A stretch of DNA of 64,000 nucleotides, taken from an uncultured candidate division Zixibacteria bacterium (GTDB lineage: Bacteria > Zixibacteria > MSB-5A5 > UBA10806). The translations under genes were made by a program, and so were the position numbers. Shown in pieces: positions 51,312-63,293 of this stretch. Positions within the stretch are counted from its first letter, which is position 1. Every line of letters starts with the position of its first letter. Where the stretch lies: NCBI GenBank assembly GCA_963801605.1, contig CAWDFP010000006.1:1824001-1888000 (forward strand), read 5' to 3'. The notes beneath the pieces were generated by a model. The model saw nothing but the letters and a program-made list of their open reading frames with translations. It was not told the DNA's origin and searched no databases.

Positions 51312-52072
51312 GCACGCCAACCATCTCAGCGGTTATCATGGCCCGCAATGAAGAGGAAAATATTGTCGATGCCATCGAATCGCTCGGCTTTGCCTCTCAG
51401 ATCGTGGTCGCAGATACCGGCAGCCATGATAAAACGATGGATTTGGCTCGCCAGGCGGGGGCGGAGGTTCATAGCATATTTTTCGATGGCTATGGGGCCA
51501 GTAAAAATAGGGCTATAGAGCACTGTACTGGCGACTGGGTATTTTCGCTCGATGCCGACGAGAGGGTATCTCCGGAGCTGGCGGAAAGTATCTTGCGAGT
51601 AATTGAAAACGATCCCCGATATGACGGCTATAAGGTTTCACGTCTCACATATTTTCTGGGCAAACCGGTTCGCCATTCAGGCTGGTATCCTGAACATATA
51701 TTGAGGCTATTCAAAAACGGTAAAGGAAGATTTTCGGAACGACTGGTGCATGAGAGCGTGCGTATCGAGGGCCAGGCAGGCAGGCTTGATGGGCTATTAT
51801 ATCATTACAGCTATAAAAATCTTGAAAGTTATCTCGAAAAATTAAATGTTTACTCCTCAATGAACGCTCAGGAATTGCATCGTTCCGGTAAATCAAGCCA
51901 TTTGATCGATATCCTGTTTCATCCGCCCGCCACATTTCTGAAAATGTATGTTTTCCATGCCGGTTTTCTCGATGGATTCGATGGTTTCCTATTGGCTGCC
52001 CTTTCGAGCTTTAACGTATTTTTGAAATATGTCAAACTTCGCGAACTTGTCCGCAAAGGTTCTGCTGAATGA
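51308..52072 (+). CDS. GT2 LPS glycosyltransferase (WaaE/KdtX-like)
   Basis: ARNEEE, DTGSHD, LDADE, RLVHE, HYSY, GFLDG. Confidence 0.9.
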   Translation: MSTPTISAVIMARNEEENIVDAIESLGFASQIVVADTGSHDKTMDLARQAGAEVHSIFFDGYGASKNRAIEHCTGDWVFSLDADERVSPELAESILRVIENDPRYDGYKVSRLTYFLGKPVRHSGWYPEHILRLFKNGKGRFSERLVHESVRIEGQAGRLDGLLYHYSYKNLESYLEKLNVYSSMNAQELHRSGKSSHLIDILFHPPATFLKMYVFHAGFLDGFDGFLLAALSSFNVFLKYVKLRELVRKGSAE

Positions 52073-53073
52073 ATCCGCGGAATATCGTCTTAATTCGTCC
52101 TGACCACCTGGGCGATCTCATCCTCTCGCTTCCGGTGGCGAGAATCCTGAAGGATAGGTTTCCTCAAAGTCAAATCACCTATCTGGCTGCTCCGGGACCG
52201 GGCGAAATTGCCCCGATGGTAAGCTATGTTGACGATTGGATTATCGATAAGGGCACAAATGGCCGCCTGAGCGTGTCTGAATTAACCGGCATTTTTCGGA
52301 AAAGCAAGTTCGATACTCTGATTGAGCTAAAACCTGGCTGGAGAACGGCTGTGGCCGGTTTTCTTTCGCGGATTCCAAATCGCATAGGAACCGGACGCAG
52401 GTTTTATTCCCTTTTCTATAGCGAACGTGTTAATCTTCACCGCAGAGGCTCCGGCAAACATCAAACCGATCTCGAACTGGCGATGCTTGCACCCTTGGGG
52501 ATTGATATAGGCGGACTGTTTCCTGAATTAGTATTCCCTGAGAGTTTTCGAAACCTGACCGCAACGCTTGTTGCTGAGAGTATAAACGAATATATTGTGA
52601 TTCATCCTGGCTCAAGCGGCTCGGCTCCCAATTGGCCGGTGAGCAGTTACAGGGAATTGGCTCGTTTAATATTGCAGGAAGCTAAATTTAAGATTGTCAT
52701 TACAGGTCTCGAGAAAAATTTGGATGATTTTAAGGGCTGCATCGACCTGTCCCGAAAAACAACTCTCGCCGAATTGTCGTCGGTAATTGCCGGGGCTAAA
52801 CTATTTATCTCCGGAAGCACCGGGCCATTGCATCTGGCCGATGCTCTTGGCGTAAAATGCGTCTCATTTTTTGTAAATCGTCCTGAGATCGGCCCAACCA
52901 GATGGGGACCTCGGAGAAATATGCAATATGTAATATTACCGGATTCGAATAAATGTAGATGCAAAAACTCGCGGCAATGTCATTGTTTGGAACAGATTAC
53001 GCCACTAGATGCGTTTAATAAGGTTAAGATGGTCTTGGATAATTTGGTCGGCGGGAAGGCGATTCTATCATGA
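52069..53073 (+). CDS. GT9 glycosyltransferase
   Basis: RPDHLGDLIL, IHPGS, NWP, STGPLHLA. Confidence 0.9.
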   Translation: MNPRNIVLIRPDHLGDLILSLPVARILKDRFPQSQITYLAAPGPGEIAPMVSYVDDWIIDKGTNGRLSVSELTGIFRKSKFDTLIELKPGWRTAVAGFLSRIPNRIGTGRRFYSLFYSERVNLHRRGSGKHQTDLELAMLAPLGIDIGGLFPELVFPESFRNLTATLVAESINEYIVIHPGSSGSAPNWPVSSYRELARLILQEAKFKIVITGLEKNLDDFKGCIDLSRKTTLAELSSVIAGAKLFISGSTGPLHLADALGVKCVSFFVNRPEIGPTRWGPRRNMQYVILPDSNKCRCKNSRQCHCLEQITPLDAFNKVKMVLDNLVGGKAILS

Positions 53074-55210
53074 ACTTAGCGGAATTTATCATCGCTGTTG
53101 AATCCTACAATGCCAATATCGATATCCCCTTGGTGCGCAAAGCCTATGAATTTTCTGATCGCGCCCATGCCGGGCAATTCCGCGAATCTGGCGACCCTTT
53201 CGTAGAGCACTGTCTAAACGTGGCTTTTATCCTGGCTGAACAGCACATGGATTCCGCCACTATTGCCGCCGGATTGATGCATGATGCTATCGAGGACGCC
53301 GGGGCTACTGTTGATGATATCAAGCGCGAGTTTGGCGACGAGATTGCCCAGCTTGTCGACGGCCTGACCAAAATGTCCGAGCTCAAATTCAAGAGCTTGG
53401 CCGAGCAACAGGTTGAATATTTCCGCAAAATGCTTCTCTCGATGGCCAAGGATATTCAGGGTCATCGTAATAAAACTTGCCGACCGGCTGCATAATATGC
53501 GAACCCTGGCTCATCTTCCCGAAGAAAAAAGAAAGCGGATTGCTCTCGAAACCAGGGAAATCTATGCGCCTTTGGCCCACAGATTCGGTATGGCCAAGGT
53601 TCGACTGGAACTTGAGGATTTATCATTTAAATATCTCAATCCCAAAGAATATAATGAAATTGAAAAGAAGATCACCGAAAGCCGGGATGATCGCGAAGCC
53701 TATATTAAGGATTTGTCCGTCCCCCTGAAATCTGCTCTTGAAAGCGCTAATATCAAAGCCGAAATCACCGGTAGGGCCAAACACTTTTATTCAATTTATA
53801 GAAAGATTGTAAATCGAGGAGTCCCTTTCGAGCAGATTTTTGATCTTTTGGCGATGAGAGTCGTCGTCGATACCATCACCGATTGCTATCACGCCCTTGG
53901 TATTATCCATACCATGTGGGCGCCGGTCTCGGATAGATTTCACGATTATATAGCCAATCCCAAATCCAATATGTATCGCTCGCTGCATACAACCGTAATC
54001 GGCCCGCGCGGCAAAATGATCGAAATTCAAATTCGGACTCACGCCATGCACTATACCGCCGAATATGGAATCGCCGCGCACTGGTTATATAAAGAGGGGA
54101 AGAAAAGCCAGGGCGAACTCGACCGTCAAATGGCCTGGCTGCGCGAGATACTTGAATGGCAGCGTGAGATGACCAATCCTGAGGAGTTTATGGAATATCT
54201 CAAGGTTGATCTATTCCAGGAAGATATCTTTGTTTATACGCCTGCAGGCGAACTAAAACAACTTCCCCGCGGCTCCACCTCTCTCGATTTTGCTTTTGCA
54301 GTGCATTCCGATGTCGGATTTCATTGTGTTGGGGCTAAGGTCAACGGCAAATTCGTACCGCTCAATACCAGGCTCGAAAGCGGCGATGAAATCGAGATCA
54401 AAACCTCGCCCCATCAGACGCCCAGCCAGGATTGGTTGAAAATTGTCAAGACTACCCGTGCTAAAACTAAGATCAAACATTGGATCAAGCAAAAGGGATT
54501 CGAGCAATCTGTCTCCTCTGGGCAAAGAGATGTTTGAACGCGAGCTTAAGAAACGGCATCTGGCAATACTTTCCGATAACGAGATGATTGATTTGGCAGC
54601 TATGAACGGCTTTACCGATTCGGACCAGATGCTTTCGGCTATCGGTTCGGGCTCAACATCGCTTCAGACCATAATTAATAAGATCGCCCCGCCGCTGGAA
54701 AAGGATGAGCCCTCACTTGTAAAGCGTTTTATCGATCAGGCTCGCGGCACAGGCAAGGGTATCAGGGTTGCCGGCGTGGGAAATCTGATGTACCGATTTG
54801 CCTCCTGTTGTCAGCCCGTGCCCGGCGAAAAGATTATCGGTTTCGTAACCCGCGGCCGAGGCTTGTCGATTCACCGGGCCGACTGCCAGAACGCCGTCGC
54901 AATTCTCGAGGAACCGGAACGCCGGGTAGATGTAGAATGGGATGTTGAGAAAGGACAGTCATTCCTGGTCAGGCTTTATGCGTTGGTCAACGACAGAAAA
55001 AACATTCTCAAGGATATCACCGAGGCTATTGCCGATATCGATATCAATGTCAGAGGAGGAGAGATCGCGATGGGGCAATCTCCGGCGATCGGACATTTCG
55101 TTGTCGAAATTCAAAATTATAACCAACTTTCGAAAGCTCTCGAAAAAATTAGAAAGGTGAATGGCGTCCTTTCCGTAGACCGGGAAGTGACCGCGGATCA
55201 TAAAAGCTGA
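53070..55210 (+). CDS. relA: Bifunctional (p)ppGpp synthetase/hydrolase (long RSH); two frameshifts at ~53455 and ~54517 (probable errors)
   Basis: HDAIED, KLADRLHNMRTL, GRAKH, EIQIRT, TGS domain, CCQPVPG, ACT domain across three ORFs. Confidence 0.93.
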
Positions 55211-55214
55211 TATC

Positions 55215-55914
55215 ATGGAAAACGCTGTAAATTATCGTCACGTGATATATAACGAATTTTCAGAGTTGGGTTTTGTCGCGGGAGTAACTCAAAAAAGTTC
55301 ATGGAGCGATCAAAACGATATATATCAATTTATCGAAAGGAAGCTCATTCCACCCGGTTTACAATTAATAATTCCCAAACAGGTGCACGGAGCGGATATT
55401 CTTCATCTCGACGAATAACTACGAAAATTCGGAGATAATCGCCGATGGTATCATTACTCACCGCACCGATATTTGCCTGAGTGTCACCACGGCCGATTGC
55501 CTTCCCGTGGTGCTGGCTGATTCCGAAAGCGGCTATTTTGCCGCCGTGCATGTTGGTTGGCGAAGCTTTGTCGGCGGGATTGTGGAAAATATTTTCCAGC
55601 AGGCGACCAAGCTTGGAATGCATCTGAATTCGACCCGCTTTTATCTTGGCCCCGGAATAGCTGATTGCTGTTTCGAGGTTGGGCCGGAGGTTGCCATATT
55701 ATTCGAGGATCAGTTTATAAATCGGCGCAATGAGTCCTTTTATGTTGATTTGAGAGGAGCTGTAGAGAGTAAATTAGAAGCCTTGGGGGCCGCTAAGGGC
55801 AATATCGCTAATCTCTCGGAATGCACAAGCTGTAAGAAGGAGTTATATTATTCCTATCGTCGGGATAAAGAAACGCCTCTTCAAATGGTGACATATATTT
55901 ACAAATCCACGTAA
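55215..55914 (+). CDS. pgeF: YfiH/PgeF-family protein; one frameshift near 55415
   Basis: QVHG, ADGIIT, TADCLPV, HVGWR, GPGI..CCFEVG, YSYRR. Confidence 0.85.
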
Positions 55915-55973
55915 CGACAACTGGTGAGAAAATCGTTGAAGAAGATTCATTCAATTTTAATAAAGGAGGAGGA

Positions 55974-56588
55974 ATGAAGAGAATTATTTTATCATTCGGC
56001 CTGGGAATTTTGTTTGGTTCCCCGGTATTTGCCCAGTATTCCGGCCAAATTTCGACAGCCGTTACAACGCCTGAAGGTGCATCGCGTGTAAGCGCCTATG
56101 CCGGTATCTATGACGGCGCACTGGGCATTTTGGGTCAATACCGATATGGAGTAAATCGCGATGTTGATTTTGGCGTAAAACTGGGCATATTGGATTTCGA
56201 TAGTCCCATAAATGATGCCGGTATAGATCTGGCCGGGGATTTCAAATATCGACTTCTGCAACGGGATCTACGCGACCCATTCGATCTATCGCTCGGAGGC
56301 GCGGCAGACTTTATGGCTGTCAGCGGTCTTCATATTTTTTCAATCGGCTTTAATGCCATTGGCTCCTATGATATAAAATTACATAGCGGGCATAACCTGG
56401 TTCCCTATGGCAGACTTAATCTTCGTGTCCAGCGTGAAAGCCCGGAAAGGGGAGACTCTAACACCGATTTCGAAATTGGACTAAATTTGGGTACATCCTT
56501 CGAATTGTCCAAAAGCACCAGGGCTTTCGGCGAATTTCAATTCGATGATCCCTTCGCATTCTATTTCGGTTTCGATTTTGATATCTAA
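55974..56588 (+). CDS. Outer-membrane beta-barrel protein
   Basis: AGGAGG RBS, signal peptide, amphipathic strands, aromatic-rich terminal strand FYFGFDFDI. Confidence 0.75.
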   Translation: MKRIILSFGLGILFGSPVFAQYSGQISTAVTTPEGASRVSAYAGIYDGALGILGQYRYGVNRDVDFGVKLGILDFDSPINDAGIDLAGDFKYRLLQRDLRDPFDLSLGGAADFMAVSGLHIFSIGFNAIGSYDIKLHSGHNLVPYGRLNLRVQRESPERGDSNTDFEIGLNLGTSFELSKSTRAFGEFQFDDPFAFYFGFDFDI

Positions 56589-56615
56589 GAATGAAACAGT
56601 AAAGGATTCGACAGT

Positions 56616-57413
56616 ATGACTTTTTGGGATAGTATCATCCTGGGATTAATTCAGGGACTAACGGAGTTTCTGCCCGTTTCATCATCGGGCCATCTTGTAT
56701 ATGGCGAACGGCTTCTCAAAATAAGTAAGGGGGACGTCGTCTTTGAGGTAATGGTGCATGTCGGGACCCTGGTAGCGGTGCTGTTCTTTTTTAGAAAACG
56801 GATCGCTGCCATAATCCTGGCCATCCTTTCGATCTGGAAAAGGGATAAAACTCCTGAACAACTGGAAAATCTGAAGCTTGCCTGGTATTTAATTCTGGGC
56901 ACAATTCCGGCAGTTATATTCGGATTTTTATTCAAGGATTTTCTTGAAAAATCATTCAATTCCATACGATGGACCTCGATTGAATTCATAATCAACGGAG
57001 TTATACTAATCGCCACGATTTGGGCTGTAGACAGGTCCCGCCGCATCAATAACTGGAACACGTTATTTATGGGGACAGCGCAGGCAATCGCCATAATACC
57101 GGCGATTTCGCGTTCGGGAAGCACCATCGCGGCGGGTATGTTTTCGGGAATCTCGAAGGAAAAAGTGGCTGAGTTTTCCTTTCTTCTTTCTATTCCCGCA
57201 ATTGGAGGCGCCGCCATCTTGGAAATTCCCGAATTCCTTAAAGTATCGTCGTCAGTTTCCACCATGCATATCTACCTATTGGGGACTTTGATATCCGCTG
57301 TTGTCGGATATTTGTCCATCGCATTCCTGATTTCCGTTATTAAGAAAGGGAAATTCTTCTATTTCGGTTTATACTGCCTGGCGCTCGGTATCCTGGGGCT
57401 TCTCTTCTTGTGA
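56616..57413 (+). CDS. uppP: Undecaprenyl-diphosphate phosphatase
   Basis: QGLTEFLPVSSSGH, PAISRSGST, FSFLLSIP. Confidence 0.95.
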   Translation: MTFWDSIILGLIQGLTEFLPVSSSGHLVYGERLLKISKGDVVFEVMVHVGTLVAVLFFFRKRIAAIILAILSIWKRDKTPEQLENLKLAWYLILGTIPAVIFGFLFKDFLEKSFNSIRWTSIEFIINGVILIATIWAVDRSRRINNWNTLFMGTAQAIAIIPAISRSGSTIAAGMFSGISKEKVAEFSFLLSIPAIGGAAILEIPEFLKVSSSVSTMHIYLLGTLISAVVGYLSIAFLISVIKKGKFFYFGLYCLALGILGLLFL

Positions 57414-58408
57414 AAGAGCCGTCAAAAATCCTGGTATTTCGTCAGAGTTCATTGGGCGATGTCATCCTGACATTGCCCGTGCTCGATCGTTTGAAAGAGG
57501 CTTATCCTGAAAGCCATATAGATTATCTCACCAAAACAGCCTATTTACCGATAGTCCAATTTCACCCCGCTATTTCAAATGCTTTTAGTTTCGATAAAGA
57601 GCATCCGTTTTCCAAAGTCGTCTCCGGTTTAAGACCCGACAGATATGATCTCATAATTGATTTACAGGCCAATATGAGATCATTTGCTCTTAGCTTGATG
57701 CTTTCATCGGCTCACTTCCTGCGATATCGGAAACGTCGACTGAGACGAGAAATGGTGGTCCGGCGGTCTCGCTTGAAGCTCTCGGTTGAACATACGGTTG
57801 ACGCCTATTTTGCTGCCCTGCGTCCTCTTGGAATAGATGCTCGGATGACACCTCCGGTAATTGGGCTGCCTCAGGAAGCCTACCAGTTTGCTGATAATTT
57901 CATTTCGAAGCTGCCGCCCGTTCGCCATATCGTCGCTTTTTGTCCGGGAGCCAGGCATTTTGAGAAGCGTTGGCCCGCGGAGTCATATAAGAAAGTCGCA
58001 GAATCGCTTCTCAATGATCCTGACTACGCCATCATCGTTTTCAGCGCGAATGATGACGATTTCCCTCCCGACTTTGGTATAGCGCATCCCAGACTCCTCG
58101 CGGCCAAAAACCTGGGCTTACTTGATGCCGCCGCGTTGCTTTCCCGATGCAAGGTTGCATTGACAAACGATTCCGGCTTGATGCATCTGGCAAATTCTGC
58201 CGGCACGCCTGTATTGGCGATTTTCGGACCAACGAATCCTCGGCTTGGGTTCGCTCCGACCCTGCCAGGTTCACAAATCATCTGTGATGATGTCGATTGC
58301 TCGCCATGCAGTGTTCATGGCCAACGTCCATGTTATCAGCCGGCGAAGTTCTGTTTTGAAAAGATAACCCCTGAGCGAGTGACTTCTGAACTCCAAAAGA
58401 TGATTTAA
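57410..58408 (+). CDS. GT9 heptosyltransferase (WaaF-like)
   Basis: SSLGDVIL, PGA..KRWP, NDSGLMHLA, FGPT. Confidence 0.88.
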   Translation: MKEPSKILVFRQSSLGDVILTLPVLDRLKEAYPESHIDYLTKTAYLPIVQFHPAISNAFSFDKEHPFSKVVSGLRPDRYDLIIDLQANMRSFALSLMLSSAHFLRYRKRRLRREMVVRRSRLKLSVEHTVDAYFAALRPLGIDARMTPPVIGLPQEAYQFADNFISKLPPVRHIVAFCPGARHFEKRWPAESYKKVAESLLNDPDYAIIVFSANDDDFPPDFGIAHPRLLAAKNLGLLDAAALLSRCKVALTNDSGLMHLANSAGTPVLAIFGPTNPRLGFAPTLPGSQIICDDVDCSPCSVHGQRPCYQPAKFCFEKITPERVTSELQKMI

Positions 58409-58522
58409 CGCATATCATATTTTTCCCTTAATGAAAACTTTTTATTAAGGTCAATAATTGATAAATTTAAGTCCCTATAGTTCGATTGCGTTTTTGCCGT
58501 AAAATTGCTATTTTGCAATTAA

Positions 58523-59515
58523 ATGCAAAAGATAGAAGCCAGATATTACGAAAAACGTGATGATGATTATGTACTGTGTCATCTATGTCCGGCAAACTGC
58601 CATATTGCACCCGGAAAACAGGGTATCTGCATGATTCGCTCCAATGAGGGCGGCACTTTATACGCATCCGAATATGGCAATACAATCGCCACCAATATCG
58701 ACCCGATCGAAAAAAAGCCGCTCTATCATTTTAAGCCGGGAAGTCGTATTCTTTCGGTAGGACCCAACGGCTGTAATTTTGCCTGTGTTTTCTGCCAGAA
58801 TTGGAGTATCTCTCAGGAGAAAGCCTCAACGCGCTATATATCGCCTGAAGAATTAGTTAAACTGGCGCGCACAAGTGGTTCAGTGGGAGTAGCTTACACT
58901 TATACGGAACCGCTCATTTGGTTTGAATATCTTATCGATAGCGCCAGGCTGCTCAGAGCAGCGGGATTATCAGTGGTTTTGGTTACCAACGGCTATATTA
59001 ACGAGGAACCGGCCCGTGAGCTGTTCCCGTTAATCGATGCCGCCAATATCGATCTTAAATCGATCCGACCGGAATTTTACCGCAAAGTCTGTAAGGGTAA
59101 ACTTCCCGATGTAGAGCGCACCATAAAATTGGCGTTAGAAATGGGAATTCATGTCGAGCTTACCAATTTGCTCATTCCCAAAATGAATGATTCTGATGAT
59201 GAGATTAGAGAGCTTGTCGATTGGGCTGGTTCTATAAATCCCAAAATTCCACTGCATATCTCACGTTATTTTCCGAACTACAAGCTTGATAATCCGGTTA
59301 CGCCCGAAGAGCGGCTAATTTATGCTTACAATGAAGCCAAAAAGAAGCTAAAATATGTTTACGTAGGCAACGTTCTGGGGTTGGGCTCAAGTGACACGTT
59401 TTGCCAGAATTGTGGAACGACCCTTGTGGAAAGAAACGGTTACAATATAAGATTAGTCAATTTGGATGGAAACAAATGCACGAAATGTGGTAGCATTAGC
59501 GATATCGTGATTTAA
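58523..59515 (+). CDS. amrS: AmmeMemoRadiSam-system radical SAM enzyme
   Basis: CHLCP..C, DPIEKKPLYHF, GCNFACVFCQN, TYTEP, VYVGN. Confidence 0.9.
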   Translation: MQKIEARYYEKRDDDYVLCHLCPANCHIAPGKQGICMIRSNEGGTLYASEYGNTIATNIDPIEKKPLYHFKPGSRILSVGPNGCNFACVFCQNWSISQEKASTRYISPEELVKLARTSGSVGVAYTYTEPLIWFEYLIDSARLLRAAGLSVVLVTNGYINEEPARELFPLIDAANIDLKSIRPEFYRKVCKGKLPDVERTIKLALEMGIHVELTNLLIPKMNDSDDEIRELVDWAGSINPKIPLHISRYFPNYKLDNPVTPEERLIYAYNEAKKKLKYVYVGNVLGLGSSDTFCQNCGTTLVERNGYNIRLVNLDGNKCTKCGSISDIVI

Positions 59516-59534
59516 TTTTGAAAAGGATTGAGAT

Positions 59535-60749
59535 ATGGGATTAACGCAGGAGGCCCGTGTGTGGCAACTTTCGCAAAGGGCAGTTGAGGTCCAGGCATCA
59601 CCTATAAGGAAATTGGTGCCTTATGCCGATGAGGCCCGCAAAAGAGGAATTCATGTATATCATCTCAATATTGGCCAGCCTGATATTGAAACGCCTCCGG
59701 AATTCTGGGACGCGGTAAAAAACTATCAGCAAAAAGTTCTGGCTTATGGACATTCGCAGGGGTTGGCGTCATATCTTCATGCTCTTTCGGGCTATTACCA
59801 TCAGTGCGGATTGAATATTGCCCCTAACGAGATTGTGGTTACTACCGGTGGCTCTGAGGCTATCGTCTTCGCGTTTACATTGATTTGTGAGCCGGGGGAG
59901 AAGATCATCGTATTCGAACCGTTTTACACCAACTATAATGGCTTTGCAACGATGGCGTCGATTCAGCTCTTGCCGCTGGAAACTAAGGCCGAGGATGGTT
60001 TCCATTTACCGCCGCGCGAGGTTATCGAGGCGGCAATTGACGATGATGTCAAAGGGATAATCGTTTGTAATCCCAACAATCCGACTGGCACTCTTTTTTC
60101 CTATGAAGAAATGGAAATGCTGGCAGATATTGCTCGTGAAAATGGTTTATTTATTCTATCCGATGAAGTTTACCGCGAATTTGTGTACGAGGGCACTCAC
60201 ACCTCGATATTTGATATACCCAATGTCGATGAGTTTGCAATTATGCTCGATTCGATCAGTAAACGTTATTCGGCTTGCGGCGCTCGCGTTGGCTGTCTCG
60301 TAACCAAGAATCGCGAATTGCATCAAGCGGCGGTGAAATTCGGACAGGCCAGGCTTTGCCCGCCAACGCTGGAGCAGGTCGGCGCCGAGGCTGCGCTGAA
60401 GCTTGGTTCTCCCTATTTCCAAAAGGTGATGGCTGAGTATCGCAAAAGGCGTGACATTGTATATGAAGGATTGATGGCTATTAAGGGCACAGTCTGTGTG
60501 AAGCCCGCTGGAGCCTTTTATGCGATGGCCAAGCTGCCTATATCGGATTCAGAGGAGTTTGCCAAATTCATGTTATCGAAATTCTCGTATCAGAATAAAA
60601 CCGTAATGGTAGCGCCGGGACCCGGTTTCTACGCATCTTCGGATAAGGGCAGCGATGAATGCCGAATTGCCTATGTGTTGAATACGGAATCACTTCGTGA
60701 CGCCATGATGATTTTGAAATTGGGCGTGGAGGCGTTTAATAGCCGATGA
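59535..60749 (+). CDS. PLP-dependent aminotransferase class I/II
   Basis: NIGQPD, GGSEA, NPNNPTG, SDEVY, SISKRYSACGARVG. Confidence 0.92.
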   Translation: MGLTQEARVWQLSQRAVEVQASPIRKLVPYADEARKRGIHVYHLNIGQPDIETPPEFWDAVKNYQQKVLAYGHSQGLASYLHALSGYYHQCGLNIAPNEIVVTTGGSEAIVFAFTLICEPGEKIIVFEPFYTNYNGFATMASIQLLPLETKAEDGFHLPPREVIEAAIDDDVKGIIVCNPNNPTGTLFSYEEMEMLADIARENGLFILSDEVYREFVYEGTHTSIFDIPNVDEFAIMLDSISKRYSACGARVGCLVTKNRELHQAAVKFGQARLCPPTLEQVGAEAALKLGSPYFQKVMAEYRKRRDIVYEGLMAIKGTVCVKPAGAFYAMAKLPISDSEEFAKFMLSKFSYQNKTVMVAPGPGFYASSDKGSDECRIAYVLNTESLRDAMMILKLGVEAFNSR

Positions 60750-61690
60750 AAAATTTCTACGGAGGTATTGATCTCGGTGGAAGCTTTATAAAAGCGGGAC
60801 TACTTTCCAGCGAAGGGGAGCCGGTCGCAAATCTGATTGTACCGTCCAGGATTGAGGACGGTATTTCAGCCGTGAAGGCTAACCTGCGCGAAATGGGTAA
60901 TAAGCTTAACGAACTGGCCCATCAATATCAAGGAGAACTCGCAGGAATTGGAGTCGGCAGCCCCGGGACGATTAAATATCCCGAGGGTATCGTAACTGAT
61001 GCATCCCCAAATATTCCCGGATGGACTGGTACTAATATCAGCGCGATATTTTCTGATTTTCGCTGCAAAGTATCTGCTGACAACGATGCTAACTGCATGG
61101 GGCTGGCCGAGGCGCTTTTCGGAGCAGGCAAGGGGACATCAAACGGCTTTTATTTAACTGTCGGCACTGGGATCGGCGGAGCAATCGTTATAAATGGCGC
61201 TCTTAATCGAGGCGCCAGTTACTGCGCAGGGGAATTCGGCCATACGGTATTTGTTTATAATGGGATGCTATGCAAGACCGGACGGCGAGGCTGCCTCGAA
61301 CAATATGTTAACTCTTCAGCTATCGTAAAAGCGGCTCTCGGTCAAATTAAAATTCGCCCCGAAACATCTCTATCAAAGATTCCTGATCTAATTACTCCCA
61401 GGCAGATTTTCGAGGCTTTCAATCAGGGCGATCAAGTGGCTCGGGAAATTGTGGCTGAGAATGCATCCATGCTGGGAACCGCCATCGGATCAGTAGTCAA
61501 TCTTCTCAATCCGGAGATTGTGGTTATTGGCGGGGGGATGGCGCTCGGAGGAGAGAAGTATATCGATCTCATTAGAAAAGCTATCTTTAATTTTGCATTT
61601 AAATCAACGACGTCGAGTCTGAGAGTGGAGGTTGCGAAATTTGGCAATGAAGCCGGCTGGATCGGCGCCGCTTGCCTCAATATCGGCTGA
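60746..61690 (+). CDS. ROK-family sugar kinase
   Basis: GIDLGGS, DNDAN, TVGTGIGG, GEFGH, GCLE. Confidence 0.92.
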   Translation: MKNFYGGIDLGGSFIKAGLLSSEGEPVANLIVPSRIEDGISAVKANLREMGNKLNELAHQYQGELAGIGVGSPGTIKYPEGIVTDASPNIPGWTGTNISAIFSDFRCKVSADNDANCMGLAEALFGAGKGTSNGFYLTVGTGIGGAIVINGALNRGASYCAGEFGHTVFVYNGMLCKTGRRGCLEQYVNSSAIVKAALGQIKIRPETSLSKIPDLITPRQIFEAFNQGDQVAREIVAENASMLGTAIGSVVNLLNPEIVVIGGGMALGGEKYIDLIRKAIFNFAFKSTTSSLRVEVAKFGNEAGWIGAACLNIG

Positions 61691-63088
61691 AGATCATACA
61701 GTACAGAGTGGCAATCGCAAATGGTGGATTCTCTCGGTTTCCGCAATGGGAGTTTTTCTTTCTACTCTCGATGCCTCGATTGTTAATATAGCTCTTCCCA
61801 CAATTAGCGATCATTTTGGAACCTCGGTTCAATCAACCGCCTGGGTGACTATCAGCTATCTTCTGGTGATCACCGCCATGCTTCTCATTTTCGGACGGTT
61901 ATCCGATTTATACGGGCAAAAACTGATATTTACCGGCGGCCTGCTGGTTTTTACTCTCGGAAGCGGGCTGTGCGCCTGCGGCGACGAATATCTACAATGC
62001 TGGTGTTGTTTCGTTCGCTTCAAGGCGTCGGGGCGGCTATGATCGTCTCAAACACATCAGCGATTGTAACAAACGCTTTTCCACCGGAGCAACGCGGCAC
62101 AGCGCTGGGTACAATCGGAGCCGTGGTTTCGATTGGACTTATGTCAGGGCCTCCGCTCGGCGGGTTTTTGATTCACTACCTCGGATGGCATTATATCTTC
62201 CTTGTTAACGTGCCTATTGGTGTTGTTGCGGTTATTCTAACTCTAAAAATCCTCCCCGAACATAAGGCGGATAAGGATGCCAGAATTTTTCATCCATTTG
62301 ATTCTCTTCTTTGGGTAGCAGGCGTGCTGGCTCTCGTGATGGCCTTCCGGGCGTCGGGAACGTTTGGTGCAATTGTGCGAGATATTTTTATTTATGTAGT
62401 AATCTGTCTGTTAATTTTGACTTTTTTTATCCAACGGCAAAAGCGGTCCGAATCGCCCCTGTTCAATCCCAAATTTCTAAAAAACGATATATTCGTTTTC
62501 GCGTCTATCGCAGGCTTTTTCTCCTATATGGCAATGATTGCCCTAAGCTTTATGCTGCCTTACCTCTTGGAACATACATTTGGCAAAACTCCGCTCGATA
62601 CCGGAACGATTCTGGTGGTCATTCCGGCTACTACCGTATTCGCGTCGCCAATTTCCGGAATACTTTCCGACAAATTTGGGCAACGGCCCATCGCCAGCCT
62701 GGGGACCCTTGTTACTACGTTAGCAATTATATCCATGTTATTTATCGCTCCGAATGTCCCCATGTGGCATTTAGTGATAGGTTTGGTCGCGTTTGGTATT
62801 GGACTTGGAATGTTTGGTTCGCCAAACAATTCAGCTTTGATGGGATCTGTCGATTATAAGGATAGAGGATCGGCTGGAGGAGTATTGGCGACGGTTAGAA
62901 ATCTTGGAATGGTTACCGGACTGGGAATTATCAGCATTATTTATAACGCTGCTCTAAGCAACGCCGCCAATCTTAACGACGTTGAATCTTATGCTCGGGC
63001 TTTCAGGATTTCTCTCCCGGTGGTCATTGCATTTTCGCTGGTGGCTCTGGTGTTTTCCGCCTTGCGACGATCGGTTGCGCGGAACTAG
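61632..63088 (+). CDS. DHA2/EmrB-type MFS transporter; frameshift near 61985, start uncertain
   Basis: LDASIVNIALP, GRLSDLYG, then RSLQGVG, GPPLGG, WHYIFLVNVP in the next frame. Confidence 0.85.
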
Positions 63089-63293
63089 AGATTGATATTT
63101 TGAAAAATGATAATGGATACGATAACAAAGGTCCAGATTGCTTTAACGGTATCAGCTAAATTATTTTTTACGTTTCAAACGAATTAGTGTTTGATTTTTT
63201 ATTTCCCTCACGTATTTTGAAATAGCGGGGGCATTGAGAATTAAAAACTGGATTGAGCCAGAGGAGATTTCCAGACAAGCTGGAGACGACAAT

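Noticed and set aside
53413..54537. Naturally split Rel (separate hydrolase, synthetase, regulatory genes)
   Set aside because: Breaks fall inside conserved motifs (KDIRVIVIKLADR) and the fragments lack their own starts
58523..59515. Complete AmmeMemoRadiSam system or RiPP cluster
   Set aside because: No AmrA/AmrB or precursor peptide in the window
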